64,000 nucleotides of DNA. It comes from an uncultured Rivularia sp. (GTDB lineage Bacteria > Cyanobacteriota > Cyanobacteriia > Cyanobacteriales > Nostocaceae). The stretch covers positions 7,712,001-7,776,000 of the forward strand of contig OY762007.1 of NCBI GenBank assembly GCA_963665115.1, read 5' to 3'. Below, piece by piece: positions 22,329-32,608 of the stretch. Position 1 is the first letter of the stretch, and each line of letters begins with the position of its first letter. Made by a program: the position numbers and the translations under genes. The notes below the pieces were generated by a model. That model saw only the letters and a program-made list of their open reading frames with translations, was not told where the DNA came from and did no database searches.

Positions 22329-22537
22329 ATAACTGGAGAATTGGGCATTGGGAATTGGGCATTGGGGATAGGGAGACAAGGGGACAAGGGGACAAGGAGA
22401 GGTAGAAATACAATTGAATGCTCTTAACCCCGAACTCCGAACTTTTTAGCCTTTCTACCTAAATTATTCCATTCCCAATTCCCCATGCTCCATGCCCCAT
22501 CTCCTCTGTACCAAAAACGCACCTACCAATTAAAAAA

Positions 22538-24367
22538 ATGCATATCGGTTCTGAATATTCAAACAATACTTGCAACTTTACTCTTTGGGCACCTTTAGTA
22601 AAACAAGCTGCCGTTCATTTAATCGATCCCCAAGATAAAATTGTACCTCTGGAAAAAGACGAACGGGGTTATTGGCGCGGTTCTATTGCAGATATAAAAC
22701 CAGGCAGTCTTTATTATTATCAACTTGATGGTGAAACGGATAGAGCCGATCCCGCAGCTCATTCTCAACCGAATGGTGTTCATGGTGCTTCGGAAGTCAT
22801 TGACCACGACAGCTTTAAGTGGAATGATAACGGGTGGCAAGGCGTTCCTTTAGAAGAAATGGTTATCTACGAGTTGCACGTAGGAACTTTTACCGAAGAA
22901 GGGACATTTGAGTCAATGATTCCCCGGATATCGGAGTTAAAAGAGTTAGGTGTGAATGCTATTGAAATCATGCCTGTAGCTCAGTTCCCTGGAAGTCGAA
23001 ACTGGGGCTATGATGGTGTGTTTCCATATGCGGTACAAAATTCCTATGGTGGCGTTGATGGTTTGAAGAAACTAGTTGATGCTTGCCATCAGCAAGGTAT
23101 GTCGGTAATTCTAGATGTAGTTTACAACCACCTCGGGCCGGAAGGAAATTACCTTTGGGGTTACGGAACTTACTTTACGGAAAAATACAAGACTCCTTGG
23201 GGTAGTGCCGTTAATTTTGATGATTCCTATAGCGATGGGGTGCGCGAATACTTTGTCCAAAACGTTTTGTATTGGTTGGACAATTACCATTTAGATGGAT
23301 TGCGCTTGGATGCCGTTCATGCTATTTACGATTTTGGTGCAAAGCATATTTTGGCGGAAATGTCTGAAGCTGTGGCTGAGTTAGAGCAGAAGAAGAATCG
23401 CCAATTTTATTTAATCGCTGAAAGCGATCTGAACGATCCACGGATTATTCGTTCTCAAGAAGTGGGTGGATACGGTATTGATGCTCAATGGAGCGATGAT
23501 TTTCACCATGCTTTACATACGGTGTTAACTGGGGAAAAGAACGGATATTACGAGGATTTTGGCAGTTTAGAACAATTAGCAAAGATTTATCGCCAGGGAT
23601 TTGTTTATACTTGGGATTACTCTCCCCATCGCCATCGATATCATGGTGAAAATCCCAAGGATTGTGCTTCGAGTCAGTTTGTCGTGTGCGCCCAAAACCA
23701 CGATCAAGTAGGAAATCGAATGTTAGGCGATCGACTATCTAATTTGATTTCCTTTGAATCTTTGAAGTTGACAGCAGCAGCACTTTTACTTTCACCTTAT
23801 ATTCCCATGTTATTTATGGGTGAAGAATATGGTGAAAAAGCCCCATTTCTTTATTTTGTTAGTCATGGCGATCGCGATTTAATCGAAGCAGTCAGAAAAG
23901 GTAGAAAAGCCGAATTTGCAGCATTCCACGAAATTGACGGGCAAGAAGCACCAGATCCTCAAGCCGAAGAAACATTCAAGAAATCGCAGTTAAATTGGGA
24001 CAAGCGTAAAACCGGGGAGCATGAAAAGCTGTGGTTGTTTCATCAGAAATTACTGCAATTGCGAAGAGATGTTCCAGCATTAAGGAACTTAGATAAAAAT
24101 CAATTAGAAGCAACAGTACTCAAACCAGAACAAGTTTTATGCATAAAAAGACACCACCAAAACAGTCAAATACTTTGCTGGCTTAACTTTGGCTCGGAAG
24201 CTGTTAAAATTACAGATAACAAAAATAGTGGAAGTTGGAAAAAAATACTTGATTCGGGCGAACAAACCTGGGGAGGAACGGGTTCACAGTTGCCAGAAAA
24301 ACTGGATGAATCTAATAACTCTGAATTGATTATAAATCCCTACAGTGCCGTTGTTTACGAGAATTAA
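22538..24367 (+). CDS. treZ: Malto-oligosyltrehalose trehalohydrolase
   Basis: YELHVGTFT, RNWGYDGV, GLRLDAVHAI and QNHDQVGNR motifs. Confidence 0.95.
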   Translation: MHIGSEYSNNTCNFTLWAPLVKQAAVHLIDPQDKIVPLEKDERGYWRGSIADIKPGSLYYYQLDGETDRADPAAHSQPNGVHGASEVIDHDSFKWNDNGWQGVPLEEMVIYELHVGTFTEEGTFESMIPRISELKELGVNAIEIMPVAQFPGSRNWGYDGVFPYAVQNSYGGVDGLKKLVDACHQQGMSVILDVVYNHLGPEGNYLWGYGTYFTEKYKTPWGSAVNFDDSYSDGVREYFVQNVLYWLDNYHLDGLRLDAVHAIYDFGAKHILAEMSEAVAELEQKKNRQFYLIAESDLNDPRIIRSQEVGGYGIDAQWSDDFHHALHTVLTGEKNGYYEDFGSLEQLAKIYRQGFVYTWDYSPHRHRYHGENPKDCASSQFVVCAQNHDQVGNRMLGDRLSNLISFESLKLTAAALLLSPYIPMLFMGEEYGEKAPFLYFVSHGDRDLIEAVRKGRKAEFAAFHEIDGQEAPDPQAEETFKKSQLNWDKRKTGEHEKLWLFHQKLLQLRRDVPALRNLDKNQLEATVLKPEQVLCIKRHHQNSQILCWLNFGSEAVKITDNKNSGSWKKILDSGEQTWGGTGSQLPEKLDESNNSELIINPYSAVVYEN

Positions 24368-24543
24368 ATCGGTAATTGGTAGTAGGTAATGGGTAATAGT
24401 TAGAAGTTAGGAGTTAAAGAAAGCTTCGGTACGCGGAAGAAGAAAAAATAATTTAATTGTTTCCCCATCTCCCCCTTTCAATTACCAATTACCAATTACC
24501 AATTACCAATTACCTATTTTTAAATCTAAAATCCAAAATTCCT

Positions 24544-27339
24544 ATGATGCAAATACCATTAGCAACTTATCGGATTCAGTTTACTCCTAGCTTTGGTTTT
24601 GATTCTGCAAAAGCTATTGCTACTTATTTAGAACAGTTAGGTGTTTCTCATTTATATGCTTCTCCAATTCTTACTTCTAGAAAAGGCAGTACTCACGGTT
24701 ATGATGCAGTAAATCCTCGTGAGATCGATCCTGAGTTGGGAGGCGCGGAAAAATTTGATGAATTAGTTGAACAGCTTCAAAATCTTAATATCAATTGGGT
24801 TCAAGATATTGTGCCCAATCATATGGCTTTTAGTAGTCAAAATGAGATGCTGATGGATGTTTTGGAAAATGGTGCTGATTCTAAGTATAGAGACTTTTTT
24901 GATATTGATTGGAATCATCATTACCCGGAAAATAGCTGTAAGGTATTAGCGCCTTTTTTAGGAAGTTTCTGCGGTGACTGTCTCGAAAATGGTGAATTAC
25001 AAATTCAATACGAGCAAAGTGGTTTAAGCATTAACTATTACGACAATAAATTTCCGATCCGGATTGAATCCTATAGCCAAGTTCTGACATACGATTTAGG
25101 ACGCTTGCAGGAAAAACTTGGTAGAGACAATCCTGCTTTTGTCAAACTCTTAGGTGTTCTATATACATTGAAGTATATTCCTTCTAGTGAAGAAGGAAGA
25201 GAAAGAGACGACCAAATCAGCTTTATTAAAAGGATGCTATGGGAACTTTGGAGTGATTCTGAAGAGGTAAAAGAATATATTGAAGAAAATATTGCTACTT
25301 TTAACGGAGAAGTAGGTCGTGCAGAAAGCTTTGATTTATTAGAAAATTTATTAACAGAGCAATTTTTCCGTCTTGCTTACTGGAAAGTTGGTAATGAAGA
25401 ACTTAATTACAGGCGCTTTTTTACAGTTAACGATTTAATCTCGATGCGGGTTGAAGATGAAAACGTTTTTGAAACTACTCATTCGTTCATTTTACAATTA
25501 GTTGAAGAAGGTAAATTTGATGGATTGCGAATTGACCATATAGATGGTTTATACGATCCAGCACAGTATTTGAATCGACTGCGGGAAAAAGCACCGGAAG
25601 TTTACTTAATTGTAGAAAAAATTCTTGAACCTGAAGAAGAATTGCCGATAACTTGGCCCATTCAAGGAACTACAGGATACGACTTTCTTAATCAGCTAAA
25701 TGGTCTATTCTGCGACCAATCAAACGAACAAGAATTTGACGAAATATACTATCGTTTTATTGGGAAAGCTGTTTCCTGTGAAGAATTAATTGATAAGAAT
25801 AAAAGATTAATTATTGAAAAACATTTAGCGGGAGATATTGATAATTTAGCTCACCTTTTCAAAAAAATATCCGGTGGATACCGTTATGCTAGTGATTTCA
25901 CAATGTACGGTTTAAAATCGGCTTTAGTGGAAATTTTGGCATTATTCCCGGTTTATCGCACCTATATTAATAGTGCGGGGGCAAGTTCGGCGGATAGAGA
26001 ATATATTGAGCGGGTAATGACTCAAGCTAAAAAGAATATTCCTAACTTCCTCAACGAACTCAATTTTATTGAAAAATTCCTACTCTTAGAGTATGACGAC
26101 ACCCTACCAGAAGAAAATAGAGAAGAATGGTTGCGTTTCTTGATGAGATTGCAGCAGTTTACCGGCCCTTTAATGGCAAAAGGGGTGGAAGATACCGTAC
26201 TCTACGTGTATAACAGATTGGTTTCGCTCAATGAAGTTGGTTCGCATCCAGGTAGTTTTGGCATATCTTTGGAAGATTTTCACACTTACAATTCCAATAC
26301 CACTGCAAATTGGCCGCATACGATGAACACTACATCCACCCACGATACCAAACGTGGTGAAGATGTCAGAACTAGAATTAATGTTTTATCGGAAATTCCC
26401 GAAGAATGGGAGCAAAATTTAAAGCAGTGGCGCGAAATTAACGCTTCTCATAAAGATTGCGTCGGTGGACGAGATATACCGACTTCTAACGATGAGTATT
26501 TGTTTTATCAAACTCTTATTGGTGCTTTTCCTTTTAGTCAAGAAGAGTATCCCGCTTTCGTAGAACGAATCAAAGAGTATATTATCAAAGCAATTCGAGA
26601 AGCAAAAGTGCATACCGCATGGCTAAAAAATGATAGCGATTACGAAGATGGCTTTACTAATTTTGCCGAAAGAGTTTTAAAAGATAGTCCAGACAATCAA
26701 TTTTTACAAGCTTTTCGTCCTTTCCAAAACAAAATTCAGCATTGCGGCATCTTAAGTTCTCTTTCTCAATCATTACTAAAGCTTACCGCACCTGGACTTC
26801 CAGATATTTATCAAGGAACCGAATTTTGGGACTTGAGTTTAGTAGATCCAGACAACCGTCGTCCGGTAGACTTTGATAAAAGACAAAAGTACCTTGAAGA
26901 AATCAAATCTAAAACACGATCTGATTTACTCGACTATATTCCTCAGTTGCTTGAAACTCCCGAAGATGCAAGAATCAAGCTATTTTTAATTTACAAAACC
27001 TTACAAACACGTCGAGAGTACTTGGATTTATTTCAGCGAGGTACTTACGAAAAACTGACGGTAGTCGGAAGCTTAAAAACTCATGTTGTAGGATTCAGTA
27101 GAGAATTGGGAGAACAAAAAATAATTGTAATTGCACCTCGTTTCTTTAGTTCTTTAGTAGAAATAGGCGAATATCCCTTTGGTGAACAAGTTTGGCAAGA
27201 AACTCGCATTGTTCCCCCTACTGATTCGACTAATGTTTGGCAAGATGTCTTTACCGGAAAACAAGTAGAAGGTGAAGATGCACTTTGGGTACGCGATATT
27301 CTTCAAGATTTTCCCGTCGCTTTGTTGGTGAATAAGTAG
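24544..27339 (+). CDS. treY: Malto-oligosyltrehalose synthase
   Basis: PLATYRIQF, STHGYD, DIVPNHMA, LRIDHIDGL, STHDTKRGED and SLVDPDNRRPVD. Start placed at ATG 24544 because the upstream extension is translated STRR. Confidence 0.95.
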   Translation: MMQIPLATYRIQFTPSFGFDSAKAIATYLEQLGVSHLYASPILTSRKGSTHGYDAVNPREIDPELGGAEKFDELVEQLQNLNINWVQDIVPNHMAFSSQNEMLMDVLENGADSKYRDFFDIDWNHHYPENSCKVLAPFLGSFCGDCLENGELQIQYEQSGLSINYYDNKFPIRIESYSQVLTYDLGRLQEKLGRDNPAFVKLLGVLYTLKYIPSSEEGRERDDQISFIKRMLWELWSDSEEVKEYIEENIATFNGEVGRAESFDLLENLLTEQFFRLAYWKVGNEELNYRRFFTVNDLISMRVEDENVFETTHSFILQLVEEGKFDGLRIDHIDGLYDPAQYLNRLREKAPEVYLIVEKILEPEEELPITWPIQGTTGYDFLNQLNGLFCDQSNEQEFDEIYYRFIGKAVSCEELIDKNKRLIIEKHLAGDIDNLAHLFKKISGGYRYASDFTMYGLKSALVEILALFPVYRTYINSAGASSADREYIERVMTQAKKNIPNFLNELNFIEKFLLLEYDDTLPEENREEWLRFLMRLQQFTGPLMAKGVEDTVLYVYNRLVSLNEVGSHPGSFGISLEDFHTYNSNTTANWPHTMNTTSTHDTKRGEDVRTRINVLSEIPEEWEQNLKQWREINASHKDCVGGRDIPTSNDEYLFYQTLIGAFPFSQEEYPAFVERIKEYIIKAIREAKVHTAWLKNDSDYEDGFTNFAERVLKDSPDNQFLQAFRPFQNKIQHCGILSSLSQSLLKLTAPGLPDIYQGTEFWDLSLVDPDNRRPVDFDKRQKYLEEIKSKTRSDLLDYIPQLLETPEDARIKLFLIYKTLQTRREYLDLFQRGTYEKLTVVGSLKTHVVGFSRELGEQKIIVIAPRFFSSLVEIGEYPFGEQVWQETRIVPPTDSTNVWQDVFTGKQVEGEDALWVRDILQDFPVALLVNK

Positions 27340-27377
27340 AGGATAGTTAGGAGTTAGGAGTTATAAGTTAGGGGTAG

Positions 27378-27637
27378 TAGTCTTCGCCACATAAGCTATA
27401 AGGGGTTCGGGGAGTGCGTTAGCGCAGCGTGTCCGCAAGGGACATGCATCTTGCTCGCTCGTTGCCACCAGGGAGCGAGACGCTCCCACTACAAATGTGC
27501 TACCCCTCATAATTAATGTGGCGGAGTATTAATAGTAGATTTCATTAATTCCTATGGGTTGTAGAGACGTAGCAGTGCTACGTCTACCGACGTTTACGGA
27601 AAAACGAACCCGTCAAAACAAATGAAAAGGACTACTA
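27378..27637. mobile_element. Two-unit array of the same TA-flanked MITE-like shells as 4670-5340
   Basis: Units about 27378-27531 and 27530-27637 with the same end sequences and REP cargo. Confidence 0.75.
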
Positions 27638-28082
27638 CTCGCTACTCTAAAAATTTCCCCTTATGCTCCTCTGCCTCTCCCCCGTTCCCATTTTCCGAGC
27701 AATTACCATAAATACCTCTGAAGATAAAGCAAAATCATTCTACGGGCGATCGCCTTTAAACACTTGTTGCTTTTAAAATAATCTTATAAAGTATTAAAGT
27801 AATAAATAATTATTTTAGGATTATAAATGTACATTTCTGTATGTAATAAATTTGCGGACAAATCAGTATTTTAAAAGATTGTAGTTTTACTTAATTTTTA
27901 GTTTTTTGTTTAAAGTTAAGCAAAAAAGGATAAAAAGAAGTTCTATAGAAACTATTTACTATTTACGTTTGTGAGATAAATATCCTAATTTCTAAAAATT
28001 GAACTTGCCCAATCGGGTTTGTTTGTGAAAAAATTATCATATTACAGCTAAAGAAAAGGCACTTGCTACCAGCAAAAATACC

Positions 28083-28721
28083 ATGCATACTCAGATAGAA
28101 GATTTGGATGATTTAACAAAGGTGTCAGCGCTTAAAAAGAAAGAAGAACAAAAAATGCATGATGTTCTTCTGTTGCTGGAAAATTTAAGCTGTAGAGAAG
28201 AAGCTTCGATAAAACTCATTATAGATTGTCTTTATGATATTGGTTACGTTAATCTGATAAACCAAAAGTTTCGTTCTCGTACCCTCAACGGTAGCTTGAA
28301 ATTGATTGCTAGGGCATCAAAACCAGCATTTAAAGTAATTGCATGGAAATGGTATAAAAGCAATTGTCCTAAATTAATTGCTGATTGGCTTCGCACGCAG
28401 GTTGCTTTTGAACCTGTCACTACACTCAAGCAAGCAGCAGAAATAGAAGCAGGATTAGAACCCGAACCTAATAAACATCAATACTCTACTTCTCTCGTAC
28501 AATTAGAAAGCCGAAATAGCGAAGTTAAATATTTGCGATCGCAAGTCAAAATGCTGGCAAGTATTGTAGTTGCTCTAATTGCTGTATTTGGTGGTAGTGC
28601 TATTTGGTTCGGTTATTCTTTAGAGCGTTCTAATCTTCAAAACGTCCAGCAATTACAAAATAGAATAAGAGTTTTGGAAACTAATACTAACGAACCATTT
28701 GCAACGGGTAAAGAAAATTAA
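28083..28721 (+). CDS. Hypothetical protein with coiled coil and one C-terminal TM helix
   Basis: 212-aa ATG ORF with hydrophobic segment IVVALIAVFGGSAIWFGY. Confidence 0.75.
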   Translation: MHTQIEDLDDLTKVSALKKKEEQKMHDVLLLLENLSCREEASIKLIIDCLYDIGYVNLINQKFRSRTLNGSLKLIARASKPAFKVIAWKWYKSNCPKLIADWLRTQVAFEPVTTLKQAAEIEAGLEPEPNKHQYSTSLVQLESRNSEVKYLRSQVKMLASIVVALIAVFGGSAIWFGYSLERSNLQNVQQLQNRIRVLETNTNEPFATGKEN

Positions 28722-28940
28722 ATTAGTTGTTCACCCGGAGGGTGTGGATCATCAGTTGCCAATTTGTCGTTTGTAGGATGCGTTATCGGTTTTAACCATA
28801 ACGCATCTTTATCGTATGTATATCATTTGAACTTTAGATTTTAGATGACTTTTTTCCTAATATAAATAATCGTAACCGCAGAATAAACAAAATATCAATA
28901 GAATATGAGTGTAAACAAAAAATAGTTCCCAGAGTAATAA

Positions 28941-31028
28941 ATGAAACTAAAAATATGCGGCTTTTTCTTAGGAATAATTGCTGTTAGTTCCATTGAACCA
29001 GCTAGGGCGCAATCGTCTGAGAGATTTAAAAAAAATCCTGAAAATGAAAACATTATACAAGTTCAGAATCAGAATAACCAAAAGCAACCGACTTTAATCG
29101 ATCGCAAAATATTTTTTGGAGATCCAGAAATTTCTGGGGCACAACTTTCTCCCGATGGTAAATATCTTGCTTTTCGCAAACCGCTAAATGGAGTAATTAA
29201 TATCTGGGTTAAAGGAATAAACGAGCCGATGAGTGCTGCAAGTCCGATAACCGAAGACAAAAATAGACCGATTCCAGCTTATTTTTGGAGTCAGGATAGT
29301 AAATATATTCTATTTGTACAAGACAAAGAAGGTAACGAAAACTTTCGGATTTATGCCGTATCACCTACAGATAAGGTAGCAAAGGGGCAAATACCAAAAG
29401 CCAAAGACTTAACTCCCGAAGATAAAGTACAAGCGAGAATTTACGCCGTACCAGAAAAAAGTCCTAATACTATTATTGTGGGATTAAACAATCGCGATCC
29501 TAAATTTCACGATGTGTATAGTATAAATATCGCTACAGGGGACAGAAAATTACTCTACAAAAACGATAGCAATGTTTCTAATTGGGTAACTGATTTAGAA
29601 GGTAATTTACGTTTAGCAGTAATAAATTTACCAGACGGTAGCACTCAAATAAATCGCATTGAAGGCGATAGTTTAGAAGAAGTTTATAAATGTCAATTTG
29701 GGGAAGCTTGTTCGCCAGTTCGGTTTCACAAGAATGGTAAACAAGTTTACATGGCAACAAATAAAGGTAACGATGTCGATTTGAGTCGCTTAGTTTTATT
29801 TAACCCCCAGACAAAAAAGCTTGAAGTTGTAGATTCCGATCCAGAAAAACAAGTTGATTTTGGTTCACCGATTTTCTCTGAGCAAACAGAAGAATTAATT
29901 GGGACGGTATATATAGGAGATAAACAAAGAATCTATCCTAAAGATAAAAAATTCGCCGCAGATTTAGCATATGTCAAAGAAAAATTGCCCGATGGAGAAT
30001 TGGGACTTAGTTCGATGACAGATGACGGACAAAAAATGATTGTTACTGTAAGTAGCGATGTAGATCCGGGTTCGGCTTATCTATTCAACCGAGAAACGAA
30101 AAAACTCTCCCTACTTTACCAAATACTTCCAGAATTAAAGCGAGAAAATTTAGCGAAGATGACCCCAATTCGCTACACCGCTAGAGACGGATTAGAAATA
30201 CCAGCATACTTAACGTTACCTGTAGGCAAACCAGCCCGTAACCTACCTGTAATAGTAATGCCTCACGGCGGACCTTGGGCGAGAGATACTTGGGGTTACA
30301 ATCCTTACACTCAATTTTTAGCCAATCGCGGTTATGCAGTATTGCAGCCAAACTTTAGAGCATCTACAGGCTACGGTAAAAAGTTCCTCAATGCTGGAAA
30401 CAACCAGTGGGGAACCGGAGCAATGCAGCACGATATCACCGATGGGGTGAAATATCTGATTAGTAAAGGAATTGCCGATCCTCTTCGTGTGGGTATTTTT
30501 GGTGGTTCCTATGGAGGTTACGCCACCTTAGCAGGTTTGGCATTTACTCCCGAACTTTATGCAGCAGGTGTTTCTTATGTTGGCCCTTCCAACCTGATAA
30601 CTTTATTTAAATCCGTCCCTCCTTACTGGGAAAGTTTCAAAGCTGAATTGAAATTAAGAATGGGGAATCCAGACACTCCCCAAGGGAAAAAACAATTAGA
30701 ACAACAATCTCCTCTATTTTCCGCTGATAAAATCAAAGCCCCGTTAATGGTAATTCAAGGAGCTAACGATCCAAGAGTTAAGCAGGCAGAATCAGATCAA
30801 ATAGTAGCAGCCCTGAGAAATAAAGAAATAGATGTAGATTATCTTTTAGCACCAGATGAAGGGCACGGTTTTAGAGAAGAAACTAATAAATTAGCTGTAG
30901 CAGCAGCCTTAGAAAAGTTTTTTGCACAGCATCTTCAAGGAAGATATCAACAAGCAGTTTCTCCTGAAGTTAAAAAGCAACTCGATGATTTGACGGTAGA
31001 TATTAATAAAGTCCAAGTTTCTAAATAG
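28941..31028 (+). CDS. Exported S9 family serine peptidase (acylaminoacyl/dipeptidyl peptidase-like)
   Basis: Signal peptide, PHGGPW, GGSYGG nucleophile, GANDPRV and DEGHGF motifs. Confidence 0.92.
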   Translation: MKLKICGFFLGIIAVSSIEPARAQSSERFKKNPENENIIQVQNQNNQKQPTLIDRKIFFGDPEISGAQLSPDGKYLAFRKPLNGVINIWVKGINEPMSAASPITEDKNRPIPAYFWSQDSKYILFVQDKEGNENFRIYAVSPTDKVAKGQIPKAKDLTPEDKVQARIYAVPEKSPNTIIVGLNNRDPKFHDVYSINIATGDRKLLYKNDSNVSNWVTDLEGNLRLAVINLPDGSTQINRIEGDSLEEVYKCQFGEACSPVRFHKNGKQVYMATNKGNDVDLSRLVLFNPQTKKLEVVDSDPEKQVDFGSPIFSEQTEELIGTVYIGDKQRIYPKDKKFAADLAYVKEKLPDGELGLSSMTDDGQKMIVTVSSDVDPGSAYLFNRETKKLSLLYQILPELKRENLAKMTPIRYTARDGLEIPAYLTLPVGKPARNLPVIVMPHGGPWARDTWGYNPYTQFLANRGYAVLQPNFRASTGYGKKFLNAGNNQWGTGAMQHDITDGVKYLISKGIADPLRVGIFGGSYGGYATLAGLAFTPELYAAGVSYVGPSNLITLFKSVPPYWESFKAELKLRMGNPDTPQGKKQLEQQSPLFSADKIKAPLMVIQGANDPRVKQAESDQIVAALRNKEIDVDYLLAPDEGHGFREETNKLAVAAALEKFFAQHLQGRYQQAVSPEVKKQLDDLTVDINKVQVSK

Positions 31029-31228
31029 ATATTTGGGAATTGGGATTGGGGATTGGGCATGAGTAATAGGTAATTGGGGTTTATTCAAAACTGTGATGTT
31101 GGGTTACGACACTTGGGAAATAGATTTTCGTTACAAATTCAAATTTCTTTATGTCCTCCGGACACGCTTTGCTAACGTGTCTAACCCAACCTACTAACTA
31201 CTAACTGGTTACTTGTTACTGGTCACTG

Positions 31229-31561
31229 TTAATGTGTGGTAAATTCGGTAAATTCCCGTGTATAAGGCGAGTGAAAAGCTAATACAATATTCTCTTTCGG
31301 TACGCCTAATTCTAATAGTTGTGTAGCAATTCCGTCTTCTGTTCCATCATGTTGAATCCAGATTTTACCGTCTTTTATATCGATGTGAACACTACATCCG
31401 TGAGTGCGACGATTATCGTGCCAACCAGTATGGAGCAACAAATAATGGTCGCGTTCGGTATCTAAAACTGCTTGCTTCTCGATTTCCTCGGGGTATGATT
31501 TACACTGCGCTTTTTCTAATATTAATTTTTGGACAATTTGACGATAATTCTCTACAGGCAT
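31229..31561 (-). CDS. xisI: XisI-like protein
   Basis: DTERDHYLLLHTGW, HIDIKDGKIWIQHDGTEDGIA and GVPKENIVLAFHSP motifs. Confidence 0.92.
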   Translation of the reverse strand: MPVENYRQIVQKLILEKAQCKSYPEEIEKQAVLDTERDHYLLLHTGWHDNRRTHGCSVHIDIKDGKIWIQHDGTEDGIATQLLELGVPKENIVLAFHSPYTREFTEFTTH

Positions 31562-31720
31562 TGGACAATTTCCTCCTGTTTTTGATCGTAATAAATTACT
31601 AAGTTTATTTGAGTGCGTTCAACTACCGAACGTGTAAAACGACGTTGGAAAAATGAATTATAAATAACCTTCTTTTTCTAAAGCTGTTCTAACTGCGTAA
31701 TGAAAGCGATCTTTTACCAT
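31552..31720 (-). pseudogene. xisH: XisH-like gene with a large out-of-frame internal deletion
   Basis: Manual translation gives MVKDRFHYAVRTALEKEG (XisH-like N-terminus) abutting, in another frame, IYNSFFQRRFTRSVVERTQINLVIYYDQKQEEIVQCL* (XisH-like C-terminus), which overlaps the xisI start. Confidence 0.8.
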
Positions 31721-31794
31721 TACATCTTTTAAGACTAAATACGGAAATAAATATGGCTGTGATTTTAATTGTATTTTCAAAATTCGTAAATTAA

Positions 31795-32376
31795 TTATGC
31801 AATGAAATCATTAAACCAACTGTCTGCAATCTCCAATGACAGATCGCCGCGATCGCTATCCCATATTTTGACTCCAAACTTCTCCTCCAAAACCTTTGCA
31901 CTCTGATATCGCATAAATCGTCTCTCGTGTCTCAATTGTTTGTAAACACTTACGACGGGTAAAAACGGTTTCTGTTGTTGATTCCACCACGTTTGAGCAA
32001 AATTATATCCCGTGTTATCTTCATAAGATATTGCAAATTGGGATGCCACCTTCGAGAGCATATGGCTTTTAAATTCTCGAATTGTGCTTTCTCGGATTGC
32101 TGGATTCTCAGACAAGAGACGTTCTAAAGCGGCATCAAGGTCAATCGCGTCTAATGATGGTATAAGAAAATCGTAGGTCAAAGTTGGCTCAAGATCGAAA
32201 AGATCGGCTTCAATATCGGAAATATGAACAATTGTTTCCGCCACGTTTCGTACAAAATTTGACCTATACAAAGAAGTCTCGAATGATTGAGCTTTCCTCG
32301 CGACTCCATCCAATAATTTACTGGCGTTTCTAAGATCCACAAGTAGAGATTCAATATTCTGTTTGTGCTGTGTCAT
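31795..32376 (-). CDS. Hypothetical protein, 193 aa
   Basis: Clean ATG ORF; no family recognised; helical, possibly HEAT-like C-terminal half. Confidence 0.7.
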   Translation of the reverse strand: MTQHKQNIESLLVDLRNASKLLDGVARKAQSFETSLYRSNFVRNVAETIVHISDIEADLFDLEPTLTYDFLIPSLDAIDLDAALERLLSENPAIRESTIREFKSHMLSKVASQFAISYEDNTGYNFAQTWWNQQQKPFLPVVSVYKQLRHERRFMRYQSAKVLEEKFGVKIWDSDRGDLSLEIADSWFNDFIA

Positions 32377-32608
32377 AGCAAATTTTTTGACATAGATTTG
32401 AACTTTTACATCCGAGCCAAATGATATTATTCATCCACAATTATAATGTTGGTTTACGACACGATTAAGATAAATTCTTATGAAAAATTCAATTTGCTTT
32501 ATGTCCTCCGGACACGCTTTGCTTTTCGTGTCTAACCCAACCTACTAACAAAATCTAGTAATTTCCCATTTCATTAAGTTACAGCATCTCTTAGGAATAA
32601 ATAGGGCT

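Noticed and set aside
24457..24543. N-terminal extensions of TreY (and of Wzx at 57486..57623)
   Set aside because: They consist of translated STRR/REP DNA; family-like sequence begins at the downstream ATG.
31229..31720. Heterocyst fdxN-type excision element
   Set aside because: No XisF/XisA recombinase and no interrupted nif, fdxN or hup gene; xisH/xisI homologs are commonly dispersed.
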